Shown piece by piece: positions 13,746-24,299 of a DNA stretch of 64,000 nucleotides. The notes beneath the pieces are model-generated. The model saw only the letters and a list, made by a program, of their open reading frames with translations. It did not search any database and had not been told where the DNA came from. The translations under genes were made by a program, and so were the position numbers. The stretch spans positions 19,346,001-19,410,000 of the forward strand of contig NC_086118.1 of NCBI RefSeq assembly GCF_963921235.1. Direction: 5' to 3'. Every line of letters starts with the position of its first letter. Within the stretch, counting starts at the first letter, position 1. This DNA is from Mobula hypostoma (lineage: Eukaryota).

Positions 13746-15094
13746 CAGACATCCCACCTCTCCCGGAAGTTCCGGGAGTCTCCTGCATATCAATAGTGGC
13801 TCCCTGATGCCCGGAAATTATATACAATATCCCGGAAATAGATTTTTTTGAGAAAGAGAGGGAGAGCGAGAGCAAGCATCCTGATTGGTCTCTCTTCGTG
13901 CTAAGAGTGGTCCCCATCCACTGGACCGCGAGGAAATGATATGATTCGGCGATATGAGTCAGCTGCACCTTTCCTCATTCCCTGTCACCCACTGTTGAGC
14001 TTGAACGCACGCAATGTCATTACCCGCGCGTCATCCATGTCAGCGCGGGAAGGAGATCAACTCCTCAAGCTTGCAAATGATGGTGGGCTGAAAGGTATAT
14101 TTGACATAACATCTCTGCCGGCATTCCGGATCAAAGTCAAGGCTAAATATCCTGAGATAGCCATGAAAGCACTGAAAACACTGTTTCCATTTCCAACATC
14201 ATATCGCTGCGAAGCGGAGTTTTCTGCAATGAATGCAACGAAAACTAAATTGCGGAATAGTCTGGACATAAGGAACCACCTTCGAGTATCGCTGTGTCCC
14301 ATCTCCCGTCACCCTTCGATGGGACCGTCTTGTTGCAGGGAAACAAGCCCAGAGCTCCCACTGATTCAGCGATATTGGTGTGTTGCAATGATGTTATATG
14401 TGTGTTTAATATCCAAACGTTACTTAAAATGTTACGATGCTATTGACTTATAATTGACTTATCATCTACATTCCAGTCGTGAATAACCCCCCCCTCCCCC
14501 CACTGTTCGCCGGTCTGCCGGTCCGCAAGAGTATTGTCAATATTAAACCGGTCTGTGATGCAAAAAATGCTGGGGATCCCTGCTAAGTAGACCTATCAGT
14601 TTTCTGTGGGCAGGCTTTACAGTCGACCTCAAAAATAATGACAGTGCTGCTCACTGCACTGTTTGCAACAGTGACTTTTCTATTGTTCATGGTGGGTTAA
14701 AATGTAAAAGACATGTTGAGGTGAGTTTAATAGGTGTCATTCGCTCATTAGCATAGCTAACGTTATTTAAACTAGCTGGCTAGCTGCTAAGGAGCTATGC
14801 TACTGATGCCCTACGTGATGAGGCCAAACTCCCTGTAGACTTGCTTAAGGTTGTAATAGAATAAACATGATAATATAATATAATATAAGTACATATTTTA
14901 ATGTCACATTTTCTGCATATACCCAACTTAGTTTACAGATTAGACAAAATCACTGAATGAAGTATTACATACACCCTTGGAGGTCAATAGGGTGGGGAGG
15001 GATATGGTGTTGCGGGGGTGGGGGTGGGGGTGCTACCTCCCTGAAATGGTGGTGATACCTCCCTGAAATGAGTTTTTGCAGGGTGGGATGTCTG
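13746..15094 (+). mobile_element. Non-autonomous hAT-like DNA transposon with a BED-finger remnant
   Basis: Perfect 13-bp TIRs CAGACATCCCACC / GGTGGGATGTCTG; flanking direct repeat TAAATG (13740-13745, 15095-15100); 14631-14720 encodes KNNDSAAHCTVCNSDFSIVHGGLKCKRHVE, followed by a GTGAGT donor. Confidence 0.8.
13906..14582 (+). mobile_element. hAT-Charlie/Buster-type deletion derivative nested in the previous element
   Basis: Ends (c)agtggtcccc / ggggatccctg, flanked by ctaag on both sides. ORF 13941-14453 holds the hAT C-terminal dimerisation domain 'KYPEIAMKALKTLFPFPTSYRCEAEFSAMNATKTKLRNSLDI..LRVSL'. Confidence 0.88.
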
Positions 15095-17276
15095 TAAATG
15101 TATAACACTAAACTTGACTTGATTTGACCTGACTCAAATGAAGTTCAACTTATGATAAAGAGTATATGTTCCAACAAGGTTTGACTGTCAAAAAGTAAAC
15201 TCAGGCCCATCTGTGACTTATTGTTGACAATGCTGGTTCAGATTATGTACATTGGGGTACAAGTTCATTTTGTGTTTTAGCAAAATTAGATTAAAGTGAA
15301 TCAGGATGCAGTTTTTTCCATATAACCATTATCACTTATTATGCATATCATTAGCCAAAAATATTATACTTCATTAGCCTATCTCTTGTTCCTCAAGGCT
15401 TAATTATAAGACAGTTACTTTTGCCACCTGCCCCTGAATATGAAGGCACCATCGTTTCTAAGGGGTATTTGCTCTAACATCCAAGTTCTGTGAATAAAAT
15501 CATGAGGACAATCTGTGGGGAATCCAAAAAAAAATTGCACAGCTTCATCATTTCCTGTAAAAAGCCTCAACTTTACCTTAGACCATATGTATAATCTTTA
15601 AAGAGGCCACCACTGATATGAGGCTGGAAATTCACCAGGCTGTTGAAAGTCAGCTGAAGTTGAAATACAGCAATTCTTTGCCATTTCCAAACATCTTTAT
15701 CTGAGAGAAATTTCAGTTCTGCATTTTATAACAGGATAATTGTACACCAAATACTTTTTCCACGATGTAAAGCTCCCTGAAATGACCTCGATTGTGGTAC
15801 AAGCAACGTGAATCAGTGTTGAGTTCTTTAAGCTTACATGCCTGAAAAACTGCAGAGCCTATTTGCAGAACAAGGAAGTTCTGCTAAATCCTTTTCTCCT
15901 GAAATAATGCTTCCTCATAAGCCAACAATCTGAGATTACTGAGATCTATGACCTCCTATGACCGCAAATATCTTAACCCATGGACGTCTGAGTCATGGTT
16001 ACTCAGCTTCCTAGTTTCATGACTATTCCAAACTACATTTTGCTGCTCCCCACTGCATTTAGGAAGTTTCTTGGTCTCCACACTTAAGGACAGGAAACCA
16101 CACCTATTTTTCCTTCAGCCAACAGGGCTAGGCATTGCTACAGGACAAGCTTCTCCAAAGTGCGGGCATTTTGAGATTACACACCTGGGCCTCCCTGTGA
16201 ACGCCTTGCCAAAAGTACATGTTTATGACACTGGACATCCCTGTACCCATTTGTACAATGAACATGCTTCCTCATTAGGCTTACCCTTCTGAAGCACTGT
16301 TTGAACCTCATCAATTACTGCAGTATGAATTCAGTCAATAGCCACATTATAATGGAACTGGAAGAGCTTACACTGTGGTCTGTGCCTTTTAAATCTGGGC
16401 TACATGTTGTAAGCTCTGAGTATTTGCAACAGAATGATCCTTAAAGGTATCAGGATATGCAGATTAAACAGTTGACAAAATGGTTATAAAGCCACATGAG
16501 AAGCTTTCATTTATTATCCTAGACATGCACTGTAAATGCAGGGAATTTATGCTAAATATGGATACAGCACTGGTTAAGACAGAGCTTGAGTACTGCATAC
16601 TGAACTGGTTACCGCATTTTAATAATAATGTAATTGCACTGTAGAGGGTGAAGAGGCAACTCAGAAGTATATTGTCAGGACTGAAAAAAGAATGGATAAG
16701 CTGGATTTATTTTATTTGAATCACTGCCCTGCACCTGTAAAGAGGATGTGTTATCTACAATGCAACTATGGTATTTTACAATTAATGATGAAGCTGAACA
16801 ATTATTAGCATTCCTCATAAGTTGTCAACTTGTGATTTTAACCATGAGAATTAGATTTTTGTGCTGTTTCAAGAGTTGAAGGCATGCAAATAAATACCAC
16901 TATATTACCACTGCTAATAACATACCTGGCACAATCAGCACTAGTGGATTAAATTTTGCAATTGTAGCAATACAACTCTAGCAAAAAGAAATTCAAGGTA
17001 CTTTCATCTGTGAGAGTTACACAGAGAAATCTGACAGTGATATTCTGTGATCTTATCAATCTAATATATGTATGACTTTCATAAACAGCATACAGTTAAC
17101 TTATTATATTGTTTTCAACTCAAATAAAACAGTGTTGAACAATTTCTATGCCCCTATCTTTAAGAATTCCCTGCACAAATTGTACTTACATTAGAAAAAT
17201 ACTTATCAGATTGATAATAGCTCTTCATGTTATATTTACTGCTTCATAAAGTATGGATAATTTTGTGTGAGGTTGC

Positions 17277-17440
17277 CATTTTGTATTTAATATTTCAGTA
17301 GTATTTGAGTAATTTTGTATACATATACTACATAATACATGCATGCTTCACTTAAAGTAAACACAAAGTTAGACTTACATTTTAAACTCCTGTGTCTTCC
17401 CTTGAATAAACATAACATTTTGAAGCTACAAAACATAAGA
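17277..17440 (+). repeat. 5' LTR (internally deleted relative to the 3' LTR)
   Basis: Shares 'gtattt..tatttcagtagta', 'aaagtaaacac..gttagact' and 'ttttgaag..caaaacataa' blocks with 20037-20288. Confidence 0.85.
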
Positions 17441-18239
17441 GTGGCAGTGAGGTACCTTTGACAGCTATCAACCTGTTGAAGCACACCGAGACATTCGAAC
17501 CAAAAATAGCACAGCGCAGAGAGGAATGGCAAATAAAAAACACTTCCCAGCACCCGCAGAAACTATCGAGTTAAAAAAAGGCAGTAAATAGAAGAATTCA
17601 GGGAGAGAGTTCTTGGGGATAATAATTATTTAAAAAAAGAGCAGAAATGGCTGGCTACATTGCATGAACAGACAAGTTTGATTACACAACAAACAACTGG
17701 ACTTTATGTACTGAGCAAATTGAACATTATTTTGAATCAAAGACAACATGTACCAATTTTACTGAGTGCATTGGGTTTAAAGGCATACAGTTTAAAGGTG
17801 AAGCATACAGAAAATGCAACAAAGAGCATGTCAGCCAGCCAAAAAGAGCATGCTGGACAGACAAAACTAAATGGTCTACACAGGTACAGAAAAAGCTAAA
17901 AAGTCAAGTTGCAGTTTCAAAAAGAGCACTGAACTACATGCTGTCATTGAAAATTCAGATAATGATGAGAGTTACGCAGGACTGGTTAGCCTTGAGATCT
18001 ACATTGTAAAATTGAGCAATATGGCTTACACCATTAATGAACAGCAATTTAATGTAAATGAATTAAACTCTGGTTCAGCTGCTTCACTGTCATTCCACAA
18101 AATGAGATTGAATGGCATTTCAAAAATACTAAACTGAAGTCTGCAGATATTCAACTAAGAACTTATCCTGGAGAAAAGGTAACTCTTGTGGGATTGACAT
18201 CTGTAACAGTGAAATACAACAATCAACAAGCCATATTAA

Positions 18240-18812
18240 CCCTTACATACTGTTCATATTCTATACCTTCATGGTATGGTCTGGGTCAATTTTGACCCAA
18301 CCCCGGAATCCCCTCATAAATACCAAATTTTGGACCACAGATCTATTTAGGATGTATAAATAGCCTACCTGACATTAATAAATGGGTGATTAATCCTTAA
18401 TTAATTTTTCAGAAATCTAAAATCCATTTCAACAGATATGGGTCAAATTTGACTCAGAGCAGCTTCAATGTACAAAAATTCATAGCACCTGTACAAAAGT
18501 ATAACACTTTTAAATATGCAAACACGAGGAAATCTGCAGATACTGGAATTTCAAGCAACACACATAAAAATTGCTGGTGAATGCAGCAGGCCAGGCAACA
18601 TCTATAGAGCATATATACCTCTTCCTATAGATGCTGCCTGGTCTGCAATGTTCACCAGCAATTTTTAAATTTTTAAATATTTTCATTTTTGCACATTTCA
18701 GGTCACTTTAGGAAAAATCATCAAATTTCAGCTTAAAAAATGGCATTTAAGGTGTTTTTACTGCTGTCAAATGTCAAAAGGGGTCAAATTTGACCCGAAC
18801 AGTATGTATGGG
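18240..18812. mobile_element. TTAA-specific (piggyBac-type) MITE inserted in the Gypsy protease region
   Basis: TTAA at 18236-18239 and 18813-18816; TIRs CCCTTACATACTGTTC / GAACAGTATGTATGGG (15/16 match); protease homology resumes after the insert. Confidence 0.88.
18518..18670. mobile_element. Palindromic Penelope-terminus insertion inside the MITE
   Basis: Inverted arms 'aaaaattgctggtgaa..caacatctatag' / 'ctatagatgctg..ttcaccagcaattttt'; flanking repeat ttttaaatat (18508-18517, 18671-18680). Confidence 0.75.
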
Positions 18813-19008
18813 TTAAGCTTGTCTGGTAAAAATGGGAGCACCAGCATTTTGGAAACGTGAGTGGCTGAGACAACTACAACTTAATTCGAGACCCATCCAC
18901 AGTTTGCGTACCATATATCCTGCCATGAAGCCATCTGAAAGCAAATTAAGAAAGGTACTGGATGATGCCACAACTGTCTCTATGCTGAACTCAACAGAGG
19001 ACAAAAAG

Positions 19009-19740
19009 GTGTTGGTGCCAACCTCTGTGCCTCTGGTTCAAAAGCATATTGGACCAAGGAAGGACATGTTGCTGACAGGAATTGTAAAAGTGACAAAAGC
19101 AGTTTTGGTAGGCAACATATCTGAGAAAGTTTCTGATATGTGAAATTACTTGTGAAATGCAGCTTGGCTTTAAGCTCGAAGAGAGTTCAAGGAGCTTCAG
19201 GAAAGTTGCAAGCATTCGGCTTTTATGAGTATAAAGAATCAAGATCTACTCTGAGTGCCTTAAGGTTATTGCATGAACTTCAAGTGGGAGACAAAAGCTG
19301 CTCGTAAAAGTAGATGCAAAGGCCAAAGCCCAGCTGGGTGAATGGAAGGCCAAAAGGAAAGGAGTCAATGGAGATATGAAAACATGGGATTCACCAGATA
19401 ATGTTGTGGATGAGGATCCCAAGAGGAGAGATCGGATCATAAAGAGGGCAATAGAAGGATTCATAAGAGAATACTCCAGTGAACTAAATGCACCTTCTCA
19501 AGATCAAGATGCACATCCTAGAAAGAAGAAAAATGAAAAAGGGAGGATGACATAAGTGCGATGGAAATGGAAGATAAATGAGACCTAATTTCTTGAGAAA
19601 TTATCAAATTCAGAGATCCTCGCACGAAACTAGAAGAAGCAAAAAGGTGATAAACAGAAAGACAAGAAGTTGAAACGGAAAGAAGTACCGATCGAACTAA
19701 ATCCAAAGAGAAAAGATGAGAAAAGGAGAAGGAAGGTGAG
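19009..19740 (+). pseudogene. RBM25: Processed (intronless) RBM25 fragment: RRM domain and start of the charged region
   Basis: Across frameshifts it reads VLVPTSVPLVQKHIGPRKD..VLVGNISEKVSDM..LLVKCSLALSSKRVQGASGKLQAFGFYEYKESRSTLSALRLLHELQVGDK/LLVKVDAKAKAQLGEWKAK..KRRDRIIKRAIEGFIREYSSELNAPSQDQDAHPRKKK..ISAMEMEDK*DLIS*EIIKFRD. This matches vertebrate RBM25 as I recall it; several stops look like CGA>TGA changes. Confidence 0.93.
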
Positions 19741-20036
19741 GGAACCACTCCCTGTAGTCCCAGAGTCAACTCCTACAGCGACCATTGAGGAGACTCCAGA
19801 ACCCGAGATAGTTTCACAGGCACGTCTCACCTGTCATACAGAGTGACCCCCGCCCACCACCTTGTCAGGATAGACATTATTCCTCAAATCGGCGAGAGCT
19901 TCAGGCCTGAATAGGACAACTTAAAACTTACTATGTTGCGGATGTCTGTACATATTTGTTGTACTCTGTAGTATACTGTGAATACAGTTGAGATACATTC
20001 TACATTGAGTTGGTCTTGAAGCTAAGCAGTGAGGAG

Positions 20037-20288
20037 TATTGCGTATTTAGTATTTCAGTAGTACTTGAGTAATCTTGTGTATATATGTGTATTGTTTGAT
20101 TAAGAATTCCTGTTCATTGAAATAATTAATTATGCGTTATGTGTAAAAATATGTGAATTGCATAATTGCATATGTCACCAGGCTACCATGTGATACATGT
20201 GCACTCGCTAAAAGTAAACACGAGTTAGACTCACACTTCAGACTCCCAAGTCCTCTAGTTTAGTATTTTGAAGTTGCAAAACATAACA
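20037..20288 (+). repeat. 3' LTR
   Basis: Follows the purine tract 'aagcagtgaggag', ends in ...cataaCA, and is followed by the TSD GTTGC. Confidence 0.88.
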
Positions 20289-20899
20289 GTTGCACTTTTG
20301 TAGGTTAAATACACATCAAAAATTTCCTTGTTTGCTTTCCTCTAAATTACGGAGTTGTTTCATTCTTATTTAAAATGCAGTGGGTTTTAATGCACAGACT
20401 TTATGTTAAACCCATGCTGTGAAGTGTACTGGAATTATCATTGACTGTGGTGATTACATCGAATGAACAACATTCTATTTGACCATTTGCCCTAATTGAT
20501 CTATTCTCATGTTTATGTTCCATGCATCTCCTTCCTTGTCACCTGATGCTTTCTACAAATGTTTAGCAGTTTACCTATTATCTACCATGGTGTGCTTTTG
20601 ATTCAATCTTGAAGATATAATTCTAGGGAAACAATGTGCCTAATCAAGTAGATTGTGGCTGGCAGTTCTCAGAGGTACTGAAGGCATTTAGCCAATTGCT
20701 TTTACGTCCATTCTGCTGTAAAGTCAGGCATCGACTGAGTGACAGATCCATTAACCCACCTCACTGCTAGACTCCACACTGTATCCAACAGCGGGGCCTG
20801 TGTTAAACTGCTTCCTATGGAGATTGACCTCTCTGATTTAATAGTTTTGGACTGCAGAAGGATATTGAAAAACTAATCAGTGGGAAGGAGAGCAGTAAG

Positions 20900-21740
20900 T
20901 GCCTACCACCAAACACATCTTCACTTCACCTCCACTCTCCGCTTTCCACAGGAATCACTCCCTCTGTGATTCCCTTGTCCATTTGTCCCTCCCCACAATT
21001 CTCTCTCCTAGCACATATCGCTGCTAGCAAGCAAAATGCTATACATGCCCATTCAAGGCCCCAAACAGTCCTTCCAAGTGAGGTAACACTTCACCTGTGA
21101 ATCTGTTGGGGTTGTCAATTGTCTCTGGTGCTCCTGACGCAGTCTCCTCTACACTGGTAAAACCTGATGTGAATCGGGGGACCGCTTTGTCAAGCACCTC
21201 CTTTCCATCCGCCATCCGTGGAATTTCTCAGTGGGCAGCCATTTTGATTTCTACTCCCAATACCGTTATGACATATTGGCCCATGGCCTCCTCTCAGGGT
21301 ACTCCCAGGTTGGAGGAGCAACACCTTATATTCCATCTAAGGAGCCTCCAACCCGATGACGTGAACATTGCTTTCTCTTTCCAGTGAGTTTTTCTTTACT
21401 CTATCTCTTTTTTTTTGTTTCCCATCCACCGTCCCTCCTCTTCAGGTCTTACCTCTTTTCCTCACTTGCATATCACCTTCCCCAATGCCTCTCCTTCTTC
21501 CCTTTCCCCACATAGTCACTTCCCACATAACGGTTTCCCTCTTCTCTAGCCCTTTACTGTCCCCACCAACTTGGCCTCTCCTATCACCTTCTAGCTTCAC
21601 CACGCCCCACCGTTACTTCTGATGTCTTCCTCCTCCCTTTCCAGTGCTGATGAAAGGTTTTGACTTAAATCTTAGACTGTTTGTTCATTTTCATAGATGC
21701 TGCCTGACCTGCTGAGTTCCTTTGGCGTTTTGATTGTGCT
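20900..21740 (+). mobile_element. Penelope-like 3' fragment
   Basis: 'PRLEEQHLIFHLRSLQPDDVNIAFS'; decayed hammerhead 'cagtgctgatgaaagg' near 21642; family terminus. Confidence 0.85.
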
Positions 21741-21834
21741 GCAGTGGGATCCATTTTGAGAAGTGTACAACACTGTCTTTGGGAACGAATAAGATGTTAA
21801 GGGAACTTACACTACTAGGTACAGGGGTTATGTA

Positions 21835-22446
21835 ATGAAGTGGCCACTGAGTGTATGTTCATGGTCTTCTGCTGCTGTAGCCCATCCACTTCAACCTTTG
21901 ACATGTTGTGCATTCAGAGATGATCTTCTGCACACCACTGTTGTAACACATGGTTATTTGAGTTGCTATCACCTTCCTGTCAGCTTGATCCAATCTGACC
22001 TTTCCTGTCTGACCTCTCTCATTAACAAGACTTCACCCATAGAATTGCCACTCACTGGATTTTTTTGTTGCACCATTCTCTGTAAACTCTAGAGTAGGGG
22101 TTCCAACCTTTTTGTATGTCATGGACCATTACCATTAAGCAAGGGGTTCATGGACCGCAGATTGGGAAACTCTGCTCAATAAATTATTATGCATGAAAAT
22201 CCTTGAAAATATGCTCTTTCTGAGATACTCAAACCACCCTGTCTGGCACCAGCAAACATTCCATGGTCAAAATCACTTAGATCACATTTCATCACCGTTC
22301 TCCTGTTTCATCTGAACAACAAATGAACTTCTTGACCACATCCGCATGCTTTTATACATTGAGTTACTGCCACATTATTAGCTGATTAGATGTTTACATG
22401 AATGAGCAGGTAAGCAAATTTACCTAATAAAGTGGCCTTTGAGTGT
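21835..22446 (-). mobile_element. Tc1-like non-autonomous element containing a small hAT MITE (22095-22174)
   Basis: TIR-like 'cctaataaagtggcc..gagtg'; colinear with 23695-24222. Insert ends taggggttccaacc / gattgggaaactctg. Confidence 0.8.
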
Positions 22447-23694
22447 TAAATAAATGGGAAGATAGTAAGGGGGTGTGTAAAATTAGAGGAACCTCGGTAC
22501 TTATGGCCAGAGATCCTTAAAGGAAGTGGGATGGGTTAATAAGGTAGTTAAAAAAGGAATATGACATCTTTCCTTTGATGAACAATATAAAAGAGCAGGG
22601 AGATTATGTCAGTATTCTATACAATACTACTTGAGTACTGTGTACAGATCTATATGCCCTATTGTAGCACAAGCAATTTAGGGGAAATGTGGAAAGTTTA
22701 AGAGTTTTAAACAATTGTTTTGATATTTCCTTATGAAAGATGAGAGTTCCATTCTTGCTCACAGCAATCCTATCAATCCCATTCTCCGCTTATTTCCCTG
22801 TAAACAATTCTCTCATCTGTCCATTAGCACCCTTCTGATTCTGACAACAGCCACTTACACCGGGGTAACGTACTGCAAGTAGTTATCCTACCAGAACATC
22901 TTTGAAATGTGGAGAAATAAAAACACAGAAGACCAAGGGAAAGCCCACAAAGTCACACAGAGAATATGTCAAATCCACACTCACAGCACCAGAGGTCAGA
23001 ACTGAACCCAGGTTACTACAGCCATGATACAGCGCACTATCTGACGTGCCACCATGGTGGAGTCAAGCAGGGAGCTGAATTGCACATGATATTTTTTTAA
23101 TCTAATGTTTAATTACGCTGTTTGTAGTCAGTAAGGCAAGATATAAGATGGAGTAAAATGAAGTTGCATAAAAAGGAAATATAGTTGGAATCAGAATAGT
23201 TCTGGAAATTGATGTTGCTTAAAATAGACAGAAAGCTCTCATGCAACTGCTTTCCCTCTGGTCCATGAGCTCTGGCTTGCTAGTCCTCTTTTGTACTATT
23301 CATTTATTTATTTCTTACTGCAACTTACAGTATGTTTTTTTTTATGTCTTTGTACTGTGCTGCTACTACAAAACAGAAAAAAAATGACCACCAGTCTCAA
23401 TGATAACAAAGCTGATTCTAATTGTGATTCTGCCTTGTGCTACTTTGTGTGATAGTATGTAGACAACCTAAGCAGCTGAACATAGGAAGTTTTGTACATC
23501 ACGTAACATCTCCCCACTGACCATTGATGCAATAAGCATCTGTTAAAGAGTGCAGTGTGAGTAAGGTCCACTTAATTTATATTGAAATACTCAGCTCTTG
23601 ATGAAGATTGCCTCTCTGTATGGGACGTCTTTATATCCCGGAGAGTCAAAGGTCCAACTCCTCCAGTCAGCTGGGAGACAAACATAAGACAATA

Positions 23695-24222
23695 CATTCA
23701 GTGGCCAGTTTATTAGGTACAAGGGTAGAAACCTGTGTGGTCACCTGCTGCCTTAGCCCATCCACTTCAAGATGCTCTTCTGCACACCACTGTTGTAATG
23801 TGTGATTATCTAAGTCACTGTTGCCTTCCTGCCAGCTCAAATCAGTCTGGCCATTCTCCTCTGACCTCTCTCATTAACAAGGCATTGCCGCACACAGAAC
23901 TGCCACCCACTGGGTGTTTTTTTTTTTGTTTTTCACACCATTTTCTGTAAACGCTAGAGATTATTGTGTGTAGAAATCCCAGGTGATCAGTTGCCTCTGA
24001 GATACTCAAAACACCCTGCCTGACAACAACAATCATTGCACAGACAAAGCCACTTAGGTCACATTTCTTCCCCATTCTGATGTTTAGTCTAAACAGCAAA
24101 TGAACCTCTTGACCATGCCTGCATGCTTTTATATTTTGAATTGCTTCCTCATGATTGGCTTATTTGATATTTGCATTGAACAGCAGGTAAACAGGTATAC
24201 CTAATAAAGGTGTCTCTGAGTA
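23695..24222 (-). mobile_element. Tc1/mariner deletion derivative retaining the paired-like HTH
   Basis: TA-flanked TIRs cattcagtggccagtttattaggt / acctaataaagg..ctgagta; ORF 'MGKKCDLSGFVCAMIVVVRQGVLSISEATDHLGFLHTIISSVYRKWCEK'. Confidence 0.88.
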
Positions 24223-24299
24223 TATGAATTAGAAATCATCCAGATTGTGGCTGTTCTCATTCTGTGTCCTGTTCCTGCATAATTCCTTTTTTCGTTAAT

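Larger units (their letters stand above)
13330..15135 (+). mobile_element. Rex/Babar-like LINE 3' end, split by a DNA transposon at 13746-15094
   Basis: 'ggatcccacccatcc..ccatcaggcagaa' motif; 'taaacttgacttga' tail resumes at about 15105-15135. Confidence 0.6.
17277..20288 (+). mobile_element. Ty3/Gypsy LTR retrotransposon, internally deleted, carrying an RBM25 cDNA fragment
   Basis: Homologous LTRs at 17277-17440 and 20037-20288; TSD GTTGC (17272-17276, 20289-20293); PBS-like tggcagtgagg at 17442; purine tract before 20037. gag 'MAGYI..KFDYTTNNWTLCTEQIEHYFE..VPILLSALGLKAYSL'; protease 'ELNSGSAAS..IQLRTYPGEKV..GAPAFWKREWLRQLQL'; RT scrap 'LYAELNRGQK'; integrase-tail-like 'EPLPVVPESTPTATIEETPEPE'. 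Confidence 0.9.

Noticed and set aside
15578..15701. Possible minus-strand exon (AG..GT, open frame KDVWKWQRIAVF..)
   Set aside because: No recognisable homology or partner exons; compatible with chance.
19009..19740. RBM25 as a functional gene
   Set aside because: Partial, with several frameshifts and stop codons, and no start or PWI domain.
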